A DNA stretch of 32,061 bases, from IMG/VR virus record IMGVR_UViG_3300033076_000088, positions 1-32,061 of that record, one strand, 5' to 3'. Both the position numbers and the translations under genes were made by a program. The stretch comes from a virus. Lineage: Duplodnaviria; Caudoviricetes. This document shows, in pieces, positions 25,619 through 32,061 of this stretch. Numbering within the stretch: the first letter of the stretch is position 1; each line of letters starts with the position of its first letter. The notes under the pieces are model-generated. The model searched no databases and was not told the origin of the DNA. It was given only the letters and a program-made list of their open reading frames with translations.

Positions 25619-25922
25619 ACATTGTAAAGCCTGTAACCATTTTGTAGATGGGAATCAGGCTATCGGCACTTGCAGGCGTTTTCCGCTGTTTCAGACTCGA
25701 TCACCAAACGAATGGTGCGGAGAGTTCTCAGCGATTGAATATGGCGACCCACAGCCTGAGATGCTGGCGCTTCCTGTTGTGGAAAAACCACAAAGATTAG
25801 GCGAACTGATGGGTTATCCAAAAGTTTCGTTGAAAGATGCTGAAAAAGCGTTTGATGAGGCTTATGAGGAAATGAAACCTAAACGCAAATACACAAAGCG
25901 GGTGAAAAATGAAACCGCATAA
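25611..25922 (+). CDS. Cys-rich metal-binding protein
   Basis: CKAC.HF...GTCRRFP...WCGEF. Confidence 0.65.
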   Translation: MVKHCKACNHFVDGNQAIGTCRRFPLFQTRSPNEWCGEFSAIEYGDPQPEMLALPVVEKPQRLGELMGYPKVSLKDAEKAFDEAYEEMKPKRKYTKRVKNETA

Positions 25923-26205
25923 ACACGCTGAACTAATTAAGGCTTGGGCTGATGGGGCTGAGATTGAATGTCGAAATAAAAACTTTCAAGATTCGTGGTC
26001 ACCACTAATGGAAGGATGTTGGGATCGTGAATTTTTAGAGTTTCGCATCAAACCACAATCAAAGCCAGATATTAGCTACAAAACTAATATTGAATACGAC
26101 TTTGGATGGAAATGGGTAAGCACCACATCAACCAAGCATCCGAATCTAAGTCTTACATTTGATGGTGAAACGGGTGAACTTAAATCAGCAGAGGTGCTTA
26201 AATGA
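25909..26205 (+). CDS. Phage hypothetical protein (98 aa)
   Basis: MKPHKHAELIKAWADGAEIE...FRIKP...LTFDGETGELKSAEV. Confidence 0.7.
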   Translation: MKPHKHAELIKAWADGAEIECRNKNFQDSWSPLMEGCWDREFLEFRIKPQSKPDISYKTNIEYDFGWKWVSTTSTKHPNLSLTFDGETGELKSAEVLK

Positions 26206-26489
26206 TTGTCAAGCCTTTAAGAAGCAAGATCATCGTAAAGCCTGACCAACGATTCAAGTCAGAACTGTTAGACCTGACCCAAGTTCAGGGTGCTGACACA
26301 TCAGGAATCGTGGTGGCGGCAGGCCCAGAGGCTCTAGATCAGGGTCTAAACATTGGCGACAAGGTTCATTTTGGGACTGTGGCTGCTGATGTTGGTGACG
26401 AATATCTCAAGTTTGAACCGCTAATCCTCAATGGTGAGCGCCACCTGAAGATGGATTGGCAAGATGTTTGTTTTGTAGAGGAAATATGA
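26202..26489 (+). CDS. groES: GroES-like co-chaperonin
   Basis: KPLRSKIIVKP, GIVVAAGP, GDKVHF and terminal HL.M...DV..V; 95 aa. Confidence 0.75.
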   Translation: MIVKPLRSKIIVKPDQRFKSELLDLTQVQGADTSGIVVAAGPEALDQGLNIGDKVHFGTVAADVGDEYLKFEPLILNGERHLKMDWQDVCFVEEI

Positions 26490-26644
26490 AGGGACTTTAC
26501 GCCAACATTCACGCCAAGCAGGAACGCATCAAGCGTGAAAAAGCCGAGGGTAAGCCTGTGGAAAAGATGCGTAAGCCTGGCACAAAGGGCGCACCCACGG
26601 CCGAAGCGTTCAAACAATCAGCTAAGACTGCGAAAAAGAAATGA
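26486..26644 (+). CDS. Small basic protein (52 aa)
   Basis: GLYANIHAKQERI...EKMRKPG.KGAPT..AFK.SAKTAKK; GAGG SD and ATGA coupling. Confidence 0.7.
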   Translation: MKGLYANIHAKQERIKREKAEGKPVEKMRKPGTKGAPTAEAFKQSAKTAKKK

Positions 26645-26760
26645 AAGACATAGTCAATCAAATTGGCAATGGTTTGATGGATGGTTTTACAGGGTGTGCT
26701 TTTGCAATACTTTGCTTATTGATTGTTTATTTGGTTATGGAATTAAAGGCTAAAAAATGA
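26641..26760 (+). CDS. 39-aa single-TM microprotein
   Basis: MKDIVNQIGNGLMDGFTGCAFAILCLLIVYLVMELKAKK; ATGA at both ends. Confidence 0.5.
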   Translation: MKDIVNQIGNGLMDGFTGCAFAILCLLIVYLVMELKAKK

Positions 26761-27029
26761 AAAAACACGACAAGCCCATCCCCCATAAGACCACAGGTAA
26801 GGACAAGACCTATAACCCAACAGAAAAGGGTGCAGGAATGACCGCCAAAGGTCGTGCCGAGTACAACAAAAAGAACAACGCCAACTTGAAACCGCCAGCG
26901 CCAAACCCTAAGACTAAGGCTGACGAAGGAAGAAAAGCATCTTTTTGCGCCCGAATGGAAGGGGTCGTAAAGAACGCCAAAGGCCCTGCGGAACGGGCTA
27001 AAGCCTCACTAAAGAACTGGAACTGCTAA
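26757..27029 (+). CDS. Small basic protein (90 aa)
   Basis: GMTAKGRA.YN.....NLKPP...RKASFCARM...SLKNWNC. Confidence 0.7.
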   Translation: MKKHDKPIPHKTTGKDKTYNPTEKGAGMTAKGRAEYNKKNNANLKPPAPNPKTKADEGRKASFCARMEGVVKNAKGPAERAKASLKNWNC

Positions 27030-27193
27030 TGACCAAAGACCAAATCCAAGCCCGTATTGACGAACTGATGAAGATCGGCAAGCAAGCCGAATCAACTGTT
27101 CACGCAGTAAACGGCGCACTTCAGGAATGTAACTACTGGCTACAACAAATCCAACAAGGCGCAGAGCCTGAAGTAAAGAACAATGAAGGTTGA
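27029..27193 (+). CDS. Coiled-coil microprotein (54 aa)
   Basis: MTKDQIQARIDELMKIGKQAESTVHAVNGALQECNYWLQQIQQGAEPEVKNNEG; TAATG coupling. Confidence 0.6.
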   Translation: MTKDQIQARIDELMKIGKQAESTVHAVNGALQECNYWLQQIQQGAEPEVKNNEG

Positions 27194-27380
27194 GAACGTC
27201 TACACCTTGGCGATGTGGTATTCCTGTTGTAAGAAGCAACACGCCTACCTGAAAGCCAAGAAAGACCCGTTGGCTAGCGTTTTTAAGGAATTGGTGCTAT
27301 CTTATGAGCAAAGATTCCGTGACCTGAACGAAGATATAGATGTGATGGCCTACTTTGGGGAACAAAATGCCGTTAGTTAA
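27183..27380 (+). CDS. Hypothetical protein
   Basis: Fills the gap with short overlaps on both sides. Confidence 0.5.
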   Translation: MKVENVYTLAMWYSCCKKQHAYLKAKKDPLASVFKELVLSYEQRFRDLNEDIDVMAYFGEQNAVS

Positions 27381-27510
27381 AAGCACAAGCAAAAAAGCGT
27401 TTGAGAAGAACATCAAAGCCGAGGTGAAAGCTGGCAAGCCTATTAAGCAAGCCGTGGCGATTGCCTATTCAGAGAAGCGGGAAGCTGAGAAAAAGCCCAA
27501 AAAGAAATAA
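27367..27510 (+). CDS. Small Lys-rich protein (47 aa)
   Basis: MPLVKSTSKKAFEKNIKAEVKAGKPIKQAVAIAYSEKREAEKKPKKK. Confidence 0.7.
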   Translation: MPLVKSTSKKAFEKNIKAEVKAGKPIKQAVAIAYSEKREAEKKPKKK

Positions 27511-27535
27511 AATCGGCTAACTACCGAGGATTTCT

Positions 27536-28144
27536 ATGCCAACCCTAGCCGACATTTACAGCATGATTGACTCTGCAAAGCGCAGGGGAACGGACTTTAT
27601 CCGCAACCCTGGCACAAGCCTTCAGCAGATGGTGGGCAATGCCAATGATCGGGCTAGAGCGCAGCTAGAGAGCGACAGGGCGGCGACAGATGAGTTTTTG
27701 GCGACTAGGAACCTGAACGGCCCACTCCAAATGCAGAACGCTATGGAGTTTGCCCAAGGCTACAACCCTGTTGGGATGACTAAAGTTTATCGTGCTGGCG
27801 GTCAATATGGATTAACAGCAGATAGAGGTGGCCCAACTTTTTATGCAACAAAAGAAGAAGGGGCTATTCCTTTTTCAAAATACGGGCCAGTTAGAGAAGT
27901 TGAAATAAATCCTAAAAACATTCTTGACACTAGTGTTATCAGAATGAAGAAAATTTATGACGAATTTCTTAAAGAAACAAAACATCCTGCTGGTTATGGC
28001 CCAACAATGCGACCCTATTGGACTGCTGAACATGATTTTCGTGAATGGTTAAAACAAAAAGGTCACGATTACGATGCAATTATGTTTGATGAGCCAACTG
28101 GTATCCCGTCAATTGCTGTTTATGGGAAACATGAAACAAAATGA
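27536..28144 (+). CDS. Two-part protein: helical N-terminus plus a possible ADP-ribosyltransferase-like C-terminal domain
   Basis: GAGG SD; after YNPVGMT comes KVYRAG...TFYAT...A..F...G.V.EV.I.PKN.LD...LK.KG.DYDAI.F......IAVY; sharp GC drop at the junction. Confidence 0.5.
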   Translation: MPTLADIYSMIDSAKRRGTDFIRNPGTSLQQMVGNANDRARAQLESDRAATDEFLATRNLNGPLQMQNAMEFAQGYNPVGMTKVYRAGGQYGLTADRGGPTFYATKEEGAIPFSKYGPVREVEINPKNILDTSVIRMKKIYDEFLKETKHPAGYGPTMRPYWTAEHDFREWLKQKGHDYDAIMFDEPTGIPSIAVYGKHETK

Positions 28145-28569
28145 CCGAAACTGACGATAAGCCCCAAGAGAAGCGCCCCGTAGGTCGCCCATCTCTATAC
28201 GACCCTGCCTATTGTGATCAGGTAATTGAGCTTGGAAAGATCGGTAAGTCAACTGAAGCAATTGGCGCTATTTTGGGTGTCGGGACTAAAACTTTATACA
28301 ACTGGCGTGACCAATTCCCAGAATTTTTACACGCCTTAGAGCTAGCTAAAGAATTTGAGTTGCAATGGTGGGAAGATATAGCCCAAACTCACATGGTTGA
28401 GAACAAAGAAAGCGACAGGCTGAACGCAACCATCTGGGCTAGAAGCATGGCGGCAAGGTTTCCTAAGAAGTATCGGGAAAGCGTCAAGCAAGAGATTACG
28501 GGGGCTGATGGTGCGCCTTTAATCTCAGGGATTCAAGTGACCTTTGTGAAGCCTGAAAACGCTGAATGA
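28141..28569 (+). CDS. terS: Terminase small subunit
   Basis: GRPSLY, HTH I...LGV...TLYNW....PEF..A and C-terminal EITGADGAP; upstream of TerL. Confidence 0.85.
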   Translation: MTETDDKPQEKRPVGRPSLYDPAYCDQVIELGKIGKSTEAIGAILGVGTKTLYNWRDQFPEFLHALELAKEFELQWWEDIAQTHMVENKESDRLNATIWARSMAARFPKKYRESVKQEITGADGAPLISGIQVTFVKPENAE

Positions 28570-28570
28570 G

Positions 28571-28738
28571 CCAACACGCATGGGGATTGAGTACCGTCAG
28601 AGAGCGCTTTGGCAATTGATGGCAAACGTCATACAGTCTCCAGCCGTGTTGGGTGTTAAACCAGCAAACGAGGATGTTGACGCAAGCGATTTTCTGGTTT
28701 TCTCGCTTGCCTTGTTGAAAACCGAATCGTGCCCAACA
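28571..28738 (+). ncRNA. Candidate structured RNA between terS and terL
   Basis: Nested stems 28571-28578/28645-28652, 28581-28589/28634-28642 and 28594-28600/28616-28622; perfect hairpin 28682-28689/28703-28710 whose loop is complementary to both flanks. Confidence 0.55.
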
Positions 28739-28752
28739 ACTTATAGGAACAA

Positions 28753-30039
28753 ATGGAACTTAAAGACGCAATCGCCAAGGCTCAGTTTCCCTACAAACTA
28801 GCCTGCCTGTTTGACCCACCCAAAGCTCGGTATCGAGTTCTCTATGGTGGTCGGGGCGGCGCTAAGTCATGGGGAGTTGCAAGGGCTTTGCTTATTAAAG
28901 GGGCAAAAGACTGCCTGCGTATCCTATGCGCCCGTGAGTTCCAGACCTCAATTAAGGATTCGGTTCACAAGCTACTGTGCGACCAGATTGCCGACCTTGG
29001 GCTGACTTCCTTTTATGAGATAACTCAAACCTCAATTCGTGGCAAGAACGGCACAGAGTTCAGCTTTGTCGGCTTGAAGAACAATGTGGCAAACGTCAAA
29101 TCCTATGAGGGCGTGGACATTTGTTGGGTTGAGGAAGCCCAGACCACATCCAGACTAAGCTGGAATGTGCTTATCCCAACCATCCGAAAACAGGATTCAG
29201 AGATTTGGGTGACCTTCAACCCTGAGTTGGAAACCGATGAGACTTACCAAAGGTTTGTGCTAAACCCACCAGAAGGGGCGATTGTTCAAAAGATCAATTG
29301 GTCAGACAACCCTTGGTTCCCTGAAACTTTAGATGTTGAGCGCAATGCCCTTAAGACAAGGGACATAGAAGCCTATAACGTGGTCTGGGAAGGTTTGTGC
29401 CGCCAAACCGTAGATGGCGCTGTGTTTGCCAAGGAAATGCAGGTCGCTGAGTTGGATGGGCGCATCACTAAGGTCAATTACGACCCCACAAAGCCTGTTC
29501 ACGCCATCTTTGACTTGGGTTGGTCTGACGCTACGGCTATTTGGTTCCTTCAGTTTGTGGGCATGGAAACCCGCCTGATTCGCTACATTGAGGGCAATCA
29601 GCAGACCATGAGCGAATACCTGGCAAAGATGCAGACCTTTGGCTATATCTATGACACCCTTTGGCTGCCGCATGACGCTGAGAACAAGACGTTGGCGGGG
29701 AATGGGAGAAGCATTGAGGAAATCGTCAGGGCTGCGGGATACAAGACCAAGATCATCCCCAAAACGCCAATCATGGACTCCATCAACGCTGCCAGAACAA
29801 TCTTCCGCAATTGCTGGTTTGACCGTGATAACTGCCATGATGGACTTCAATGCCTGCGCCACTACCGCTATGACGTTGACCCTGAGACAAAGCAGTTTTC
29901 AAAAACGCCAGTTCACGATAATTACTCCCATGGGGCTGACGCTTTCCGTTACATCGGGCTGATGGTCAACGAACCCCGCCAAAGACCCAAACCCAGACCG
30001 CAGGTCTACTATGGTGGTGCAAATAGTTGGATGGGTTGA
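28753..30039 (+). CDS. terL: Terminase large subunit (PBSX/XtmB-like)
   Basis: Walker A YGGRGGAKS, CAREFQ.SI.DS, Walker B WVEEA, TFNP; nuclease DLG..D and HGADAFRY. Confidence 0.95.
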   Translation: MELKDAIAKAQFPYKLACLFDPPKARYRVLYGGRGGAKSWGVARALLIKGAKDCLRILCAREFQTSIKDSVHKLLCDQIADLGLTSFYEITQTSIRGKNGTEFSFVGLKNNVANVKSYEGVDICWVEEAQTTSRLSWNVLIPTIRKQDSEIWVTFNPELETDETYQRFVLNPPEGAIVQKINWSDNPWFPETLDVERNALKTRDIEAYNVVWEGLCRQTVDGAVFAKEMQVAELDGRITKVNYDPTKPVHAIFDLGWSDATAIWFLQFVGMETRLIRYIEGNQQTMSEYLAKMQTFGYIYDTLWLPHDAENKTLAGNGRSIEEIVRAAGYKTKIIPKTPIMDSINAARTIFRNCWFDRDNCHDGLQCLRHYRYDVDPETKQFSKTPVHDNYSHGADAFRYIGLMVNEPRQRPKPRPQVYYGGANSWMG

Positions 30040-30079
30040 CAATTCGGCATAAAATCGCCACATCTTTTTAGGAATCGCT

Positions 30080-32061
30080 ATGGCAAACGATACAGTCGCT
30101 GACCCACGAATTGACGAGGCAAAAGAGTTCCTCAAGTTGGCTAATGACGCTGACACCATGAACCGCCAAGAGGCGTTAGAGGATATGAAGTTTGTCGGCG
30201 GCGATCAATGGCCCGTAGAACTCCAGAACTCACGCAATCTGGAATCACGCCCTGTTTTCACAATCAACAAGCTAGACGGCTACTGCCGCCAAGTGGTCAA
30301 CCAGATTCGCCAACAGCGCCCCCGCCCCAAAGTTCACGGCATGAACTCAGATGCTGACGAAAAAACCGCACAAGTCATTCAGGGCATCATTCGCCACATC
30401 GAGGCTAATTCCAGAGCCGATAACGCTTACGACACCGCTGCTGACTACGCCGTTCGCATGGGTTGGGGCTATATCCGACTCCGCACAGACTATGTTTCGC
30501 CTGATTCCTTTGACCAAGAAATCTACATTGATGCGGTAGATAACCCATTTACCGTCTATTACGACATCAATTCAGTCGCCCCCGATGGGTCTGACGCAGA
30601 GCGTTGTTTAATTACAACAATGATGCCAAAGAAAGAGTTTGAGAAACTCTACCCCGATTCTGACACTATGAGTTTTACTCAACGGGGAACTGGCGACAGC
30701 CAATCCGAGTGGATTACCAAAGAGGACATTCGCCTTGCTGAGTACTATTACATCGTTAAGGAAAAGGCGACTCTGTATCTTTTGAGTGATGGCACATCTA
30801 CATTTGCGGAAGATGAGGATTTCTTTGAACGTCTTGCTGCTCTAAAAATTGAGGTGGTCGATCAGCGCCCTTCATACAAGAAAACTGTGAAGTGGTGCAA
30901 GCTGACAGCCTGCGAGATTCTTGAGGAAAGAACCTTGCCAGGTCGCTACATCCCTGTGATTCCCGTGGTTGGTCGCCATATCGTTGTTGGTGACAAACGC
31001 CACAAGTTTGGCATGGTGCGCTACGCCAAAGACCCACAGCGTATGTATAACTTCTGGCAGACTAGCCTGACCGAATCCATCGCCCTTGCGCCAAAAGCCA
31101 AGTGGTTGATGGCAGAAGGTCAAGACGAAGGCCATGAAAACGATTGGGCGCAGGCTAACCTCAAGTCTTTCCCATTGCTGCGTTACAAGCAAACAGACAT
31201 TGAAGGTCGCCCTGCGCCTGTTCCACAGCGCCTGCAACCAGAACCCCCACCAACAGGCATCTTGTCGGCTACCGAAGTCATTGATACCGACCTGAAGATG
31301 ATGATGGGCGTGTTTGACCCTGCCCAACTCAAGCAAGGCAATATTTCTGGCAAGGCTCTGAATGGGCAAGTTCAGCAGATGGACTTGTCTAATTTTGACT
31401 TTTACGACAACCTTACAAAGTCACAAGCCCAAGTTGCTCGGATTATTCTCAACTGGATTCCAGAGGTTTACGACACTCAGCGAGTGATGCGAATCATCGG
31501 TGATGACGGCAAGCCTGAGACTATTACGATCAACGAGCGTGATGCCGTGGGTCGGGTTATGAACGATGTAACCGTGGGTTTATACGATGTGGTGATGGAC
31601 ACAGGCCCTGGCTACAACAGCAAGCGTCAAGCCGCAGTCGAGGCAATGACACCTATCTTGGCGGCAGACCCCAACCTCATGGGTCAGATTGGCGACCTTT
31701 GGTTCCGCAATCAGGACTTCCCTGGCGCAGATGTTATCGCTGACCGCCTTGCCACTCTTAATCCCTTGGCTCAAATTGACGAAAAATCCGATGTGCCGCC
31801 ACAGGCTCAGATGGCTATCAAGCAATTGCAAGGTCAACTCCAACAGGCTCAACAGCAGATTCAGCAGATGCAAATGGCTATGAAGCAACGCCAAGACATT
31901 GAGCAGGTCAAGCAAGACAACGAGAACAAGCGCAAGTTGATGGATGTGACCGCCAGAGCGCACAACACCGAAACAATGGCAGAGGTCAGGGTCAACGACC
32001 AGAACACCCGTTCAATCACAAGCCAGAATAAGACCGAGATTGATGCGATTGTTCAGCTTAT
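30080..32061 (+). CDS. P22-like portal protein, 3'-truncated by the window edge
   Basis: AGGA SD; hand translation MANDTVADPRIDEAKEF...GDQWP...RP.FTINKL...GWGY...KDPQRMYNFW...SGKAL...YDVVMDTGPGY; open to the end; follows TerL. Confidence 0.92.
   Translation, partial: MANDTVADPRIDEAKEFLKLANDADTMNRQEALEDMKFVGGDQWPVELQNSRNLESRPVFTINKLDGYCRQVVNQIRQQRPRPKVHGMNSDADEKTAQVIQGIIRHIEANSRADNAYDTAADYAVRMGWGYIRLRTDYVSPDSFDQEIYIDAVDNPFTVYYDINSVAPDGSDAERCLITTMMPKKEFEKLYPDSDTMSFTQRGTGDSQSEWITKEDIRLAEYYYIVKEKATLYLLSDGTSTFAEDEDFFERLAALKIEVVDQRPSYKKTVKWCKLTACEILEERTLPGRYIPVIPVVGRHIVVGDKRHKFGMVRYAKDPQRMYNFWQTSLTESIALAPKAKWLMAEGQDEGHENDWAQANLKSFPLLRYKQTDIEGRPAPVPQRLQPEPPPTGILSATEVIDTDLKMMMGVFDPAQLKQGNISGKALNGQVQQMDLSNFDFYDNLTKSQAQVARIILNWIPEVYDTQRVMRIIGDDGKPETITINERDAVGRVMNDVTVGLYDVVMDTGPGYNSKRQAAVEAMTPILAADPNLMGQIGDLWFRNQDFPGADVIADRLATLNPLAQIDEKSDVPPQAQMAIKQLQGQLQQAQQQIQQMQMAMKQRQDIEQVKQDNENKRKLMDVTARAHNTETMAEVRVNDQNTRSITSQNKTEIDAIVQL

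Noticed and set aside
28580-28801. 73-aa ORF between terS and terL
   Set aside because: No SD, overlaps terL out of frame and coincides with extensive base-pairing
30036-30055. TTGACA...TAAAAT as a sigma70 promoter for the portal gene
   Set aside because: The spacer is only 8 bp and TTGACA overlaps the terL stop codon

Overview
About 32 kb of a tailed dsDNA bacteriophage with P22-like (podovirus-type) gene order. The window is cut inside a glycosyltransferase gene at the left end and inside the portal gene at the right end; capsid and scaffold genes are not in view. Plus strand 1-16684: glycosyltransferase, Thr/Ser-rich fibre, fibre with intramolecular chaperone, two paralogous small fibre-associated proteins, gp4- and gp10-like neck proteins, three ejection-protein candidates, a tailspike-anchor/collar protein and a lysis module ending in a GH19 endolysin. 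Minus strand 16676-20547: early operon with many microproteins, an SSB-like protein, a YqaJ exonuclease and ERF. Plus strand 20685-end: a lone Cro-like HTH gene, a highly structured non-coding leader, a replication-protein-like gene, a C5 methyltransferase locus coded in two overlapping frames, nin-like accessory genes, an HNH endonuclease, GroES, small basic proteins, a two-part gene with an ART-like C-terminus, TerS, a structured spacer, TerL and portal. I see no cI, integrase, tRNA or CRISPR array. The most notable items are the dual-frame methyltransferase, three structured RNA candidates, near-absence of CCGG and a possible polymorphic effector gene. All product calls come from motif recognition and synteny by eye; no searches were run.
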